From positions 68,765-103,833 of the forward strand of contig JBNGIO010006043.1 of NCBI GenBank assembly GCA_049999805.1: a DNA stretch of 35,069 nucleotides, written 5' to 3'. Each line of letters begins with the position of its first letter. Within the stretch, counting starts at the first letter, position 1. The stretch comes from Folioceros fuciformis. Lineage: Eukaryota. Below the pieces are notes generated by a model. That model was not told where the DNA came from. It made no database searches and saw nothing but the letters and a program-made list of their open reading frames with translations. Positions 1-12,820 of this stretch are shown piece after piece. The position numbers and the translations under genes were made by a program.

Positions 1-51
1 GGCAGGGCCTGCACTGCCGAATGCGGCACCCACTCCCTGCGCCAGCACCAT
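1..51 (-). CDS. Possible 5' end of a gene running off the left edge (MVLAQGVGAAFGSAGPA...)
   Basis: ATG in good context (acgATGg) at 51-49, frame open to the window edge, GC-rich leader and a TATA-like ATAAATA at ~283-289 on the minus strand. Only 17 codons are visible. Confidence 0.3.
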   Translation of the reverse strand, partial: MVLAQGVGAAFGSAGPA

Positions 52-446
52 CGTCTCCACAGCCAATCACCACCGCTTCCAAATCCGTGAAACCGCGCGG
101 GCAGCAGCTGAGCTGCTGCCGGCGACAGACACAACGAGGCGTGAGGAACCACAACGGGTGCGGTGTGGATGGACACAGTGCCAATCCTGACTCTGCTCAG
201 CGCCAGGTAGTGGCGGGAAGGCAGGCCAGCAGCCTAAATGTTGGTCCGGCATGCACTCCGCCCTCGCCTTTCAGACGCCATGTATTTATGCCGGATTTAC
301 TCCCAACTACACACTGTGTACATGCATCCAATTTGTTGCCATTCCGTCCATATTTAAATTCAAATTCTTCATCTGCGAAGCTTCCGACGCCTCTCATCAT
401 CACTTCCGAATTGACCACACCGAGCAGGAGTGTTCCTAATAACAGA

Positions 447-2318
447 TCATTTATATAATTAAAATACCCAACATCAGCAAAAAAAAAAACCCTAATTAAC
501 TTCATTCATTTTTTTTTCATACTACGTACATATTTTAAAGTTTGCATTTTGGTTCTTGGCCTTTTTCTTCTTCTTTTTTATTTTCTATAAAGTTTTATAA
601 ATTATTCAATTCAAATAATTTTATTACTCACTAACAAATTACAAGCACTGATCTCCTTACTAATCAAACTTAGTTGTGGAATTCCAATGGATTGGACCAT
701 CACTCCTTAAAGTAGAATAAAATAATTTTTTTCATTCTTTAAAAATAATAATTTCTTGTCAGCATCTCATCATGTGACTATAACTCCAACTATTACATAA
801 TCATAAAATTCAGAAAATAAGTTTTAACTAATCAATCCATATCTTTATGATCTAATAGTTATTAAATGGTTCAAAATTAGGGTTTCTGCATACATGCTTA
901 CACACATTCCTCTATGTAATACTTGATGTACTCATTCTCACAATGAGGAAGTGTTTATGAGGAGAAGGATAAACCATCCAATTTGTTGTTGGATGTGAGA
1001 TTGAACAAAACAACAATCTACTTGCAACATGATGGTACATCTTTGCGTTCTTCACTTGCTTAGACTAATCACACTATGATGAAATAGTTTATGAACTACA
1101 TCGATTGTTGTTGCTGAAACAAACTGTTAAAGATTGTGATCTATGCATAAGCCACAATGGCTGCCAGTAGTGAACCAAAGTTTGTCTTGGACGAGATAGT
1201 CCCAGCTAAATCAGACAAATCATACTACAAAACACACGATGTGATTTGTAGCTATTACCTTCATCTATGTCCTTGTGCTCCTAGCCAATCCTTGCATTAC
1301 AGGTATTGTGGGGAGAGAGCATACTTATGCTCAGGTCACTACACTCCAGAAGCAAGTTTTCATTCCCAACATGGGTTCATACCTAGACTGAATGAGCATT
1401 CACGAGACCACATTTATGATAGAGTCACTAGACCAGACGGAGGTCCTCCTGGGCCCTGCATTGTCCATGGCAAGAAGAAGAAACTGCCACTACCACCCAA
1501 GAAATTCATAGCTCCAGAATTGCTCCGATACCTCGTTGGCCCAAATGGGGCAGCATTGTACAGGAGTCAGTATAACAGTCCTGCATGCAAGTTCCTGATG
1601 GATGCATGGCCAAAGTTTGGCGGTGAATCCTCACAAGCAAGTCAAGTCTATTACAAGTCTCTTGTACCTTTGAAGAACCGAAAAACAGAGGGTCCTTACT
1701 ATGTTTCGGATGTAGGGGGATTCATCTATGAAGTTTTCCACTCTTCTGAGAGTATGTTTCACAGTGAGATTGAGGAATTCACTAAGAAATACTACCACGT
1801 AGATCTGGTTAAGGCAAATGCTTCTAATAGCATGGCTAAAGACTATGACAGAAAATTAGGGTTGTGGAATACAGAAGATGCTTTCCAACCCAAAGTTGTG
1901 AAACCTATCAAAGAAACCAAAATTAATGTGCTAGAAGAGAACTTGAAGTTTGTTGGTTGGTAATACTTGTGGATGTTAGGAATAGAAACATGAAGATTAT
2001 AATCCTGTTATCCTAATTGATTGATAGATTGAGTTATTTTTTTCTTTTTCTTTTCTCTCTCTCTCTTGGGCTCTTAGGTGTAATTTATGATAAAAATATC
2101 CAATCAATTTAAAATATTAAAAAAATAATGTATTTAAAAAATCTCTATAAATTTGATCTTGTGTAGAATCTCTTCCTCTTCTTCTCGTTCTTGTTCTAAT
2201 TCAATACATATGCAGAGCACATGTAGAAAGTTACATAATATATTGTTTAAAATTATATTAAAAATATATACTGTTTTTTATTCATGTGCAAAATCTGAAA
2301 AGCAGGTAAAGTTACTAG
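447..2318 (+). mobile_element. Non-autonomous Helitron-like element (AT-rich island)
   Basis: Abrupt AT-rich island in GC-rich DNA. 5' end A|TCATTTATATAATTAAAATACCC (TC after A). 3' end is an imperfect hairpin (ctgttttttatt 2271 / aatctgaaaagcagg 2292-2306) followed 8 nt later by CTAG (2315-2318). No TIR or TSD seen. The base after CTAG is C rather than the canonical T. Confidence 0.55.
1157..1963 (+). CDS. Hypothetical 268-aa intronless protein with a Cys/His-rich N-terminal half, inside the Helitron-like element
   Basis: 807-bp uninterrupted ORF in AT-rich DNA, good start context (acaATGg). No family recognised. Confidence 0.55.
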   Translation: MAASSEPKFVLDEIVPAKSDKSYYKTHDVICSYYLHLCPCAPSQSLHYRYCGERAYLCSGHYTPEASFHSQHGFIPRLNEHSRDHIYDRVTRPDGGPPGPCIVHGKKKKLPLPPKKFIAPELLRYLVGPNGAALYRSQYNSPACKFLMDAWPKFGGESSQASQVYYKSLVPLKNRKTEGPYYVSDVGGFIYEVFHSSESMFHSEIEEFTKKYYHVDLVKANASNSMAKDYDRKLGLWNTEDAFQPKVVKPIKETKINVLEENLKFVGW

Positions 2319-2673
2319 CTATTTATTGCGTATTGGTGGAATCAGTTAAGTGACGTTAGCGTTGAGGATCGATATGCGGTGGAGACCGATCTATGTATGG
2401 ATGTATGTACATAAGGCACAGCCAACCGGCGGGGAGGGTCATCTGACCGCATCCTTTGTGCCAAATTTGATGTGCTCGACAGAAAACGGCTGTTTGTGGA
2501 AAATGGAGTTGTTGCAGCGGGATGGTGGGATTGTGTGAAGGAATGGGTGGTCCAAGAGAGGACCCATGACGATGACGATGGGGGTTGGTGTCAGGAGGGA
2601 GGCAAGGCTGCATTAGTGGGTGCAGAGGAACAAGGAGGTTGCAGAATGCCTGCATGCTCCATGACAGACTTGT

Positions 2674-4352
2674 ATGGCTGAGTTCACCTGGGAATACAAG
2701 AGAGGCTGGTTCGTGCACAAGAGAATGCCTCGAGTTGAATGTCTTGGATGCAAGAGAATCCTGACAGGCTACGAACTGCGGCCTTATTCTGTGGAGTACG
2801 TTTACTGCGAGAGGTGCTACAAGAGCAAGGTTAGCAGGTTGGAGGTGGTGGTGGAAGGTCTTCAAGCCGACGTGCAAAGGGCCACGGAGGATGAGAAGAG
2901 CCACCACCTGAGGGCTAAGCAGGCGGATTTTCTCAGTAATTGGGACGAGGAGACCATGACTCCCCCACACACTGACATCACCTTGAGAGCCTCGGACGGG
3001 GTGGATGTGTATGCCCACAGGGCTGTTCTTGTAAATTCCGCAGTCTCCGTGTTCTTCTCCCCTCCCCTTTTCTTGCCGACGTGGGACTCCACGAGTCTGT
3101 GGCCATGCAAGGGTATAGCGGTTTCTTGCAGGATGTGTAGCACTCTGCACCTGGTGGTTCATGGTCTGCCACATGCGTGGGAGAGGGTGGGTCATCTCAA
3201 ATGGACAAGACGAGGGTAGAATTCTGCATGCAGGTTGCAGGTAAGACGTGCAGGCAGGCAGGCAGGTCGGATGGTGTGATTAGGTTTACCAGTCTGCCAG
3301 TGTGAATGCATGCATGAGTTCGAGTGCGTGCGATTGAATTCAGCGTCTTCTTTCTCCCCAGCTTGCTACCTGTCTCGTCCCACGCCAGGGCTTGCTTGTC
3401 GCCAAGTTTGAGTGGCCCGCGCTCACTCCGAAATGTTGGTGATGTGGATTCCATTCCCCGCAGGCTGGCAAGTCCCAGGTTTTCAAGGCCATGTTCAGTG
3501 CCCAGATGAAGGAGTCACAGAGCGGAGTGGTTTTGATTGACGACATATCGCATAACGTGCTGGAGCCTTTTGTGCGCTTCTTTTACACGGCAACGGTCCT
3601 TCCGGACGTGATGCACAAGCATGCAGCATGCTTGTTTTGTGCTGCGGAGAAGTACGGCGTGAAGTTGTTGAAAAGAATCTGTGAGGACTTCCTCATCAAC
3701 ACGATCTCCAAGGAGAACGCCATCAGCACCCTGGAACTGGCCCGGAAGTATGATTCGGACAGTGTCAAAGAAGCCGTGCTGCATGCAGCCATGAGCCATA
3801 TGGAGAAGATCCCCACCTTCGGGGACTACCATCTGTACGTGGAGAGGGATCCTAAGCTTGTCGTGGAGCTGTACGAGGGCCTGGTGAAGCGAATCACTCG
3901 CAAGAGGTGTAGGATTTGGCCACCAGGTGAGGCCCAGAATCCGCAAACCCTCATTCACGCGTCTTCATGGCATCCCACTCCCGACAAGGTCATGTTTCCT
4001 GGTCATCGCACCTTGACATAGTATTCAATTGAGGAAGCCGGTCACCCCACATCCCGGTGGACGATATCAACAGCTTTCCTGCCTCAATGTGACGTGATTG
4101 TTGCAAACTGAGATGGCCCCATTCCTATGGCCGCCTCAAGACTGACATTGATGGGCCCACTCCTGCCTCGCAGATGGTGCTTCAAAGAAAATTGCAGACA
4201 GAAGCAACCATAGCGCACAATCCGGTCAGGCTTACGTTCAACAGAATAATTCCAGTCAAGTGCAACCTCTCGCAGAAGACAGAGCCGCAAATGAAGTGGT
4301 GGTAAATGAGGCTGCAGCTGGGCCTGCACACGGGGCTGAAATGGTTTCTTGA
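2674..4352 (+). CDS. BTB/POZ domain protein (At4g08455-like) with N-terminal CxxC..CxxC and coiled coil, ~332 aa
   Basis: Exons 2674-3030, 3464-3926 and probably 4174-4352 (GT-AG, phases compatible, branch-like CTGAC at 4142). Motifs TDITLRASDG..AHRAVL|AGKSQVFKAMF..MKESQSGVVLIDD..AEKYGV..L..CE and VERDPKLVVELYE. Without exon 3 the ORF ends at 4021. Confidence 0.85.
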
Positions 4353-5251
4353 CGAACTAAGGGCGATTTCAGGCTCATTTTGTAAGCTGCAGTCACATGG
4401 GCGTGGAACATTTCGCACAGCCCAAGACCAGCCACAAGCCCCACAGGTGACAGGAAGCATCTGCCATTGCTATCCAGTTTAACTGCAAGTCCGCCTTCCC
4501 AGATTCTTGCCACCATGGTATCCATTCAACGGTCCAAAGAAGGAAGGAAGGGATGTGTCCGCAAGTCCAAATTGAAGATAAAACATGCTGAGCTTTCTGA
4601 GTGAGACTCCACTATCTTTCTTCAATGCAACACAATGTAATACGAGCAATCTTCACGATCAATCCACCCAAAGACGTCTGTCGATCTCTTACCGTGGAGA
4701 CTAGTCCCGTCACGAGGGCCTTAATTTGAAAAGTGTGATTGGTTTACATAAAGTTAGTTTAGTACAGTACTAGTAAATGATACGTAGGGCATAATTACAT
4801 CTACCTATCACAGGTTACTTAGAGCATTAGATGGCCTCTAGAAATATAACATCCGGAAAGGAAACCCCCGTTGAAAGCCCAAGAGAAATAATCCGTGAAT
4901 CTTGTTTCAACGGCCACACTTCATAGGGTGGGCCAGCAAGCGGGCGACAGCTGTTAGGGTCCAGTGCCGGTGTCGAGATCTGTTAGGAACAGGTAAGGGC
5001 CGGCTCCGCTGCTGCGGCTATGGCGGACTCGACAGCGGAGCGTACCTGAGCTGGCGGCCCATACCATATTCGGAAGCTCGAAGGTGAGCTTGCGACAGTT
5101 CCCAGCCCCGTCCATGTTTTTCCCCTCAGCCTGCAAGTGAGCCTGGAATGGATTGTGTCCTGGTTGGTTCATGATGTAGCCTCGTGGAAAAGCACGGGAA
5201 AAAAACACATTTCCAAAAAAAGCATGCGGGGCAAGATGAGGTCGGGTCAGG

Positions 5252-8200
5252 TCACACCATCGCACCTTCGGGTCCGCTGTTGGACCGGAGAAGAGGCTCA
5301 TCCAGCCCTCCCGCGGTGACCACACCCTTGGAGCTAGGAGTCGTGTCCACGTGTTCTAAAACACGACGAGGGGTTGGAACTGGTATGAATTTCACCAGGG
5401 CAGCCACCACCATACTGCCAGCCCCTATTCCTACGCTAATCAGCCACTGTTCCGGAGACAGGGCCACTGTTTCCGCGAACTTTCCCAGGAACTCCACAAG
5501 GATTACTTGGAACACTACGGTGGACAGGAGAACTAGCAGGAACACCGAGTTGTTGAAAGTGTTCCGGAAGACGTTGACTTTCTCCATCTCCCTCGAGTTG
5601 ATCTCATTAAAAACCTGCACACAAGTCGGGGAGAGATAACGGTGGGATGGCTTCAGCAAGCACGCTACTGCACCTGAACTTGTGACTCCAGTGCCAGTGT
5701 ACACACGGAAAGGAGAGGTGTCGTGTGGGGAATGCAGGTGGGTCTCACCTGGCAGAAAACGAACGTGTTGAAGATCACAGTGTTCAACGTTTCCTTGTCA
5801 CCTGCCTGCAGGAAGACCAAGTCTTTCCCCTTGTATTGAAGGACAAAAAGCACGATCAGCTGGTAGAAGACTTGACCGACTATGTTCCTCGACATGGTGT
5901 ACGTGATGAAGTCTCCCTTACGCCCAACTGGGGGCCTCGTCATCAAGTCGTCTGTTGGAGGTTCGGTTGCCAGGGCTAGGGCGCCCAGTGTGTCCATAAT
6001 CAAGTTCACCCACAGTAACTGCACAGCAGTGAGTGGTGCTTCTCCTGCACACGGAGAACACGTTACTCGTCACGCCTGGATCCACGCTCTGATACAGGAT
6101 TTCATGACAGTGCCGAAATAGACATGAAAAAGCCAGGACTCAAGCTCCTTTGTCTCTTTGTTCCCATCTTTCAGTTTTCCTTGTTTTTATCAAACCGCAC
6201 CTGTCAGACAAGCTGAGATGAAGTTGATCACCAAAGCCACCAAGTTGACAGTCAGCTGGAATTGGACGAACTTCTGAATGTTCGTGTACACTGCCCGTCC
6301 CCATTTTGCTTGCGCAACGATAGTCTGGAATCTGTCATCGAGGATGATCACGTCCGCACTCTCCTTTGCAACCTGTCAGAACAATAGGATTGGGGTGAGC
6401 AACGAAAGGGGAAGGAGACCCCAAGCAAGGTTGCACACATCTCCTGAAGAGTGAAGACGGGTCTCAGCCTGTGCTCGCGGGGTTCAAGGCTGTGCATCAG
6501 CTGATTATACCTCAGTACCCGCGATCCCCATGGCAAGTCCTATGTCTGCTTCATGCAACGCAGGGGCGTCATTAGTTCCATCTCCAGTCACAGCTACTAC
6601 TTCCCCCATGCTGCGAAGCAGCTTCACGAGATTGTGTTTATCCGTGGGAGAAGAACGAGCCATCACCTGCGTGGTCCCATATTAAGACCATGTAAGGCAC
6701 CCTCAGACTAGGATGGTTCCGAACCTGTCCATTGCAAGGGAGGGGGGAAAAAAAAAAAAAAAAAGCGCGAAGGAAAAGGAAAGGCCGTCCGTACTTGCAA
6801 GTTTCTCACTAAATTTTCCAAGTCTGTTTTATCCGTTTGTGGGTCACTCTGTAGTTTCCGGAAGTCAGGGCCCTCGATGACACCACCATCAGTGAGGATG
6901 CCACATTCTTTGGCAATGGCCATGGCTGTGTTGATGTTATCCCCAGTTACCATTCTCACTTTGATCCCTGCAGAAGCACAAGTCTTCACAGCTTCTGGCA
7001 CTCCTGGACGGACCGGATCCTTAATTCCCACTATAGCAGCCATCGTAAATCCATGATTTGGAATATCACCGTCATCCCAATCAACCAAGTCCTTGAAAGC
7101 CAAGCACAGAGTTCTTAGGGAAGAATCAGCGAATTCCTGGATTGTGTCGAGAAGCTCCTTTTCGAGCTTCTCATCGATGGGAACGATGTCACCATTGGCG
7201 TGAACAACCTTGTCACAGTGACCTAAAACAATCTCGGAGGCACCTTTGCAGTGAGCCCTGATAGAACCATCACCGTTCTTTACGACAGTTCCCATTTTCT
7301 TCTTGGAAGAGTTAAAGGGCTCCACTTTCAGTATCTCTGACTCCTCACGCACCTTTCTGAAATCGCCATTCAAGGACACGCCAAAACCTAGAACAGCTTT
7401 CTCGGTGGGTGTCCCAATCAAGCTATTGTCATTCTGGGCAACGTCACCCGTGGTGTTTTGGAAAATGCCTTGGAATAGTACTCCTCTGAAATCTTCTGGC
7501 AGCTTACCAAGCACTGCAGCAGGATCCTTCACAGATCCTGTTATCCATGTTTTCGTGACAGTCATTTGGTTGGTCGTCAGGGTACCTGTTTTGTCACTGC
7601 ATATAGTGGTGGATGACCCCATGGTCTCGCAAGCAGAAAGGTGTCGAACAAGTGCTTTGTCCTGCATCATCTTCTTCATGGCATATGCTAGAGTCAGTGT
7701 GACGGCGAGAGGAAGTCCTTCGGGCACAGCAACCACAACGATTGTAACTGCGATGGCAAAATAGTCCACAAGAGTGACAAAGTCTTCTCCAGACCAGGAT
7801 GCGAGGCCCTCATGCTGGTCCTTCGTAATAAGAAACCTTGCAATGAGAACTACCAACGTGAGAAGAGCGAATCCCAGCCCGATCTGACCAATCAATGTGG
7901 CAACGCCGTTCAGCCTCACTTGCAGAGGTGTCTCCTCACAAGTGTCATTACTCAATGTGGCCATCAGTTTACCCCATTCGGTATTCATCCCAACACCGGT
8001 AACCAGCATGCGAGCAGACCCATCCTGCACTGTTGTCCCAGAAAGAAGGAAGGGATTGTCCTCCCTCTTACGCTGGGGATCGCTCTCACCTGTCATACTT
8101 GACTCATCGATCGTCAACGAGTAGCCTTTGATAAAAAGGCCATCCGCAGGCACAACATCGCCGATAGAGAGGTGGACGATATCTCCCACAAGTATATCGA

Positions 8201-9324
8201 AGATCAACACCTGCTTTCTACAACCTGCGCGCGTAACCTGCAAAAAAATCTTTTTCTTCTCATTGTCCAAGTCCTGGAACTGCTCAGCCTGCTTGTAATC
8301 GCTGACAGCAGTGACAAAAACGACCAGAAGGATGCTGAAGGCGATGCCCGCACCATCGTACCATCCTTCTGCCAACCCCTCCGTCGGGAGCCCAATGGCG
8401 AGGGAGAGCACGGCACAGAAGAGAAGAATAAGCAGCGTGACATCCTGAAACGCCTCCCAAACAAACGTCCAGAACCTCTTAGGGGGCTTCTCTGGGTACG
8501 TGTTGGTTCCATATATATCCTGACGAGCCTTGACCTCTCGCTCATCTTCTGTAATGCCTGCCTCAAAATCAACTTTCAGCTTTTGAGCCAATCCCTTCAC
8601 CCCTCCAAACTCCCTGAGTTTGTGCTTATCTTCCCCCTCCACCATCGACGCCAGCTCTTTGGGAGTTGCTTGAAACCCATGTTGTAGGACCTTCTCCTTC
8701 ACATCCTCAGACTCAGACTCAGACTCAGACTTTGGCCTTTTCTCCCCAGCTAACAAACAGACATGTCCACTCATCAGCACCAAATGCAGCATACGAGGCT
8801 CGCATCGACAGAGCTAACTAAAGCTCCATTCCAAAGCCCCGACAACCTTACCTGCCTCAAACTTGAACACAGCCTGGGTGACAATAAACGACGTCCTCAG
8901 GTACTTCTTAGCCGCGCGTAACTGGAGACAGCAACAAAACCCCCCCAAACATTCAGCGGATATGCCACATCCAGGACGGCACCCGAGATCACCCAACACA
9001 TTACCAATATGGCCCATAACCACTCAACAAAGCCCAACGTCACCCCATGTACTCCACCACTCGGCTATAATTCCCCCAACATCGCCCCACATCACGGTAC
9101 CTCTTCTCGCTTCCGGTCATCCTCTTGGCGTGTATCGATATTCGTCACAAACCTAAGGCGGCGAGCTGCATTCAACGTGAAAATGCTCTTGCGCCACTCC
9201 GCCNNNNNNNNNNNNNNNNNNNNNNNNNNNNNNNNNNNNNNNNNNNNNNNNNNNNNNNNNNNNNNNNNNNNNNNNNNNNNNNNNNNNNNNNNNNNNNNNN
9301 NNNCGGGTCCGGAGGTGACCCCAT
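5252..9324 (-). CDS. ACA: Autoinhibited calcium-transporting P2B-type ATPase
   Basis: Exons (minus) ~9324-9101 (gap inside), 8921-8852, 8749-6795, 6666-6511, 6372-6201, 6044-5749, 5614-5252, all GT-AG and phase-compatible. Motifs: N-terminal WRK..LNAARR autoinhibitory/calmodulin region, [68 protein letters not shown]. Start (MGSPPDP) is tentative because of the gap. Confidence 0.95.
9204..9303. other. Assembly gap (100 N) within ACA exon 1
   Basis: Run of exactly 100 N, so the true length is unknown. Confidence 0.99.
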
Positions 9325-10604
9325 TGCCCACCGCTCACAGCGCCGCCCCGCCAGACTTGCAACGGTCCAGCTCAGCCCGGCCAAACCCAGCTCAGCTAAG
9401 CTCAGCTCAGCTCAGAAGCTGCAGCTCCAGGCGGGGCAATGCTGACGGCGCAGGAACCGATCCAGCGCTCGCATGACAAATCAGACAGCAACGGCCCAAC
9501 TCACCAGTCCTACGGGGGCCGGGTCAGGTTCCAGATCCAAAACCGCTCAGGAGCAGGAGCGCGGAACCATGGCAAGCGGCGGCGGAGCGCACCGGGACTG
9601 GAACGCGCACGGACTCTTGAAAGCACATCTGCTGACCCCGAGCGCGGGATCGTTGTCGCCGGCAAAAAGCAGGGCAGCTGGCACAGGCACCGCACACGTT
9701 CCAGCTCCGTTATCTACGATCCAGGCCCAACATACCCACAGCATGGACGCGACTCGTTCCAACCCCGGCAGCTACACACAAGACAGGCACAGCACAGTAT
9801 CCAGTGGGAAAGGGCACCAACAAGCTCCTTGGCCTTGGGCCCTTGGGCCCTTAAAGCGCACAATGATGCGGCGCCACACAACTCCCACTCCGCCTACTGC
9901 GCCACCAGCGTACTGGCACCCCCACTATCCCCCGCGCCAATGTTACTGCACTCCACTGGTAGCTTAGACAGCAAGATTCCGCGGTGTCTATGAAGACCAG
10001 ACCGGCCGACCCATTCACTGTACCTTCGGCGATACACTTGACGTACGGTGGTGAATGAGATGACTCCTTCACTCGTGTGAAATGCTACGTGGAATGCCTA
10101 AGTTCCGTCCATCCCAAGAACACCATACGCCATACCTGAGGCTAGCCATTGGCACACATCCCACTGACCCCATTTTTACAAGGTGTAGCTTGCGGTACTG
10201 CTCAGCACCCGCTCAACAACCAGGCTGGTCCATACCCATGGAGTTTTACCGAATCCTTCCCGCGCTCATTACGACAGTTACGTACTTAGACCAGGTCGCG
10301 TAGAGGCTGCATCTCTCTCACGGAACCGGTTTGCCGGTCTCTCGTGTCCGCCACTCTAGCTTGCACGACCTTCCAAGACTTCTCTTATGTCCGGTTTCCA
10401 AAGCACACGACTTTGTACCTTTCATCAGCTGAGACCCCTTCTACGCTGAATGAGCTGTATTGAACAACACACAAGACCCTTGAAGCCAATCACATTGCTG
10501 GGATGGAGACTTCCCTTTGAACATACGAAGGACGGGGCTATTATATGATCTGGCCAAAAAGTAACACTTGGGAAAGCACTAGATTGTGGAGGGACCTGTC
10601 TCAT

Positions 10605-10835
10605 CTTCTATTTTCCCATTCTAGTGATCCAATTCTACTTCTATTCTCCCATTGTAGTGTTTCAATTCTACTTCTATTCTCCCATTGTAGTGTTTCAATT
10701 CTAGTGTGCGTAAGAGCATTGTTTCAATTCTAGTGTGCGTAAGAGCATTGTTTCAATTCTAGTGTGCGGAAGAGTATTGTTTCAATTCTAGTATGCATAA
10801 GAGCATTGTTTCAATTCTAGTCTGGGTAAGAGTGC
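10605..10835. repeat. Compound minisatellite: 33-bp unit x3 followed by 29-bp unit x~4.5
   Basis: CTTCTATTCTCCCATTGTAGTGTTTCAATTCTA at 10605/10638/10671, then GTGTGCGTAAGAGCATTGTTTCAATTCTA at 10704/10733/10762/10791, sharing the core TGTTTCAATTCTA. Confidence 0.9.
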
Positions 10836-11012
10836 ATGACTTGATTGTGGATTTGAGAATCCAAGCTAGTATTGCTGCTACTAGGAGAAAGATGGATGCA
10901 AGAGATTCATCCGCTACCTACAACGGTTGACTGTTACTCTAAGGCAAAGAAGGACCCTCTCCTTCCTTCGTTTCTAGGCGAACTATTCTAATAATCGAAC
11001 TAGTCACTACAT

Positions 11013-12713
11013 TCATCCTCCATGGCAATAGTGGTTCCATACCACCTCTTTCCTCGTAGTGAGGAAACCAGCAAGCCTCCAATCCTTACACTTAAACTTA
11101 CGCGGCACTGATACGCTTACATCTTCTATTGCAACCATAAGTTGTTCCCAAATCTACCAAAGCAAGGTACTCCTTGATGGGCATCGGGTCCAATTTAGCC
11201 AAAGGTTAGATAAACATGAGCTCATAACAGCCTCCACCATTGATATTGGAACAAAGGTGTTATCTGTATTCATAAAAAACCACTCTCAGTTGTTAGAATT
11301 AGAGTCGTTTTTCCACCAAAAAAAATGGACGCAAGTTGAGGATGTCTTGTGGTAATCTCAAGAAGCAAACACTTCACATTTGATGTAGCTACCACACACC
11401 ATCTTACAAGACTTAAGGCTACTCGATTGACCAAAGTAAAGGCTATGAATATAATTGTCATCTCAATACAAGCTTTGCCATCTTGGTACTGTTATGGGGC
11501 TGTTCACTACTTCAACTTCAATCGTCTTGGTCATTGAGCTGCTTGCAAAAGCTACTTTGCACTTGAGATGGACGACTAAAAGTATCCAATTATTGAAAAC
11601 CAAATACAGTTATATGCATTCAATGCTACCAACCCTCTTGAGGTTCATGGTAAGCAATCCATCCCCTCATGCTTGCCTTGATATCTTCAACCAAATCTCC
11701 TTATAGGATCAACCTCCACCACCCTCCACCACCTCAATTTCTGTATGCTCAAACCTCGACAATATGCGAACTTGAATTCCAGATGGAAGGAGCACGTATG
11801 GATGATCCTCCCCTATTTCCTTCATTATGTCTCTCATGATTTTGGTCTTCGGGGAAGAGAAATTCAAGCTAGCAAGCTCGAGGGCAAGAGTATGCTTGCT
11901 CCAATATTGTCCAGGCTTCAGCCTTACTCCCCTAATCGCATCCCCCATAAGTTTAGGTTGTTGGGCTTTGATGGAATTTGTACTCATAGGCTCCACCCTG
12001 ATTGTATTTGTACTTATACGCTCAAACCTATTAGGACAATTTCCTTGATCTAGCTGTTGGAGGTCGTCTTTATGTATCACATCATTATCTACAAGAGCAT
12101 GCTCCATAGCTGCTCTTAGCTTATTTGTTCTCTTCATCCTCTCCAAATACCCATGCCTTGGCAAGTTCCAGTTCAAGAATGCTAATGTGGACAAAAATAT
12201 CTCGTAGCTCTCATTGTTCATGCGTTTCAAGACTATTCTCCACCTGCCCACATGAGACTCTTGAATCAAGTCAAGTACAGCATGTCAAGTCAAAGCAAGC
12301 TAACAACTTTCACTACATGACTACTTGACAATCAGATCATTTGGTCTTTGATTTGTTGAAAATCAATGAAGCACATTCACACAATACTTTAAAGTCAGAG
12401 CTTGGACGTTATCTTACTGCCTTCCTGAAAGGTAGAGCCCATTTCTTTGTCGTTGGTGCATGCGAATAGCGATCATATTGAATAGGTCCATTTCCCATGG
12501 ACAATTGGCTTCATATTTCCATCGTGCCACAAAATCAAAAGCTCGTTCACAAAAGAAATATTCTGTAGCAAAAGTCTGTAATACTATGGCATTTATGGTT
12601 GGCTCGTGTGACCTAATTTCAGCTAGAGAGCAAGAAGCAACATCACTTTGTTGCATAATTTCAGGCATCTCACACCCACAGTTTGCTCTAGACCTAATCT
12701 TAGGTGAAATCAT
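11013..12713 (-). pseudogene. Decayed spliced orphan gene inside the transposon-like island
   Basis: ORFs 12713-12414 and 12269-11709 join in frame through a GT-AG intron 12417-12244 (CA|gtaaga...gggcag|G TGG). The same frame can be read past 11709 to ~11013 with about 7 stops, mostly TGA. Confidence 0.5.
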
Positions 12714-12820
12714 GGGAAGACTTAATCATTTAGGTTTACCACACCATATAGATTTGGCCACTAAAAAACAATCTATCATCTTAAACAAACATTCTTGGCT
12801 ATTAGGGAACATAAAACAAT

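Noticed and set aside
197..505. 102-aa minus-strand ORF as a transposase fragment
   Set aside because: It spans the Helitron-like boundary and a probable promoter, and has no convincing motif.
2356..3195. Long antisense ORFs (279 aa here; similarly 22914-23747 and several inside the PPR and ACA genes)
   Set aside because: They are shadow frames of real coding sequence on the opposite strand.
9439..9993. 164- and 184-aa plus-strand ORFs
   Set aside because: Low-complexity translations in the GC-rich ACA promoter region with no motifs; expected by chance.
10530..10570. Left TIR and TSD partner for the end at 13560
   Set aside because: No convincing inverted match or target-site duplication could be found by eye.
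10605..10835. GTTTCAATTCTA repeats resembling a CRISPR array
   Set aside because: The intervening sequences are near-identical rather than unique spacers, the period is only 29-33 bp, there are no cas genes, and the context is eukaryotic. It is a minisatellite.
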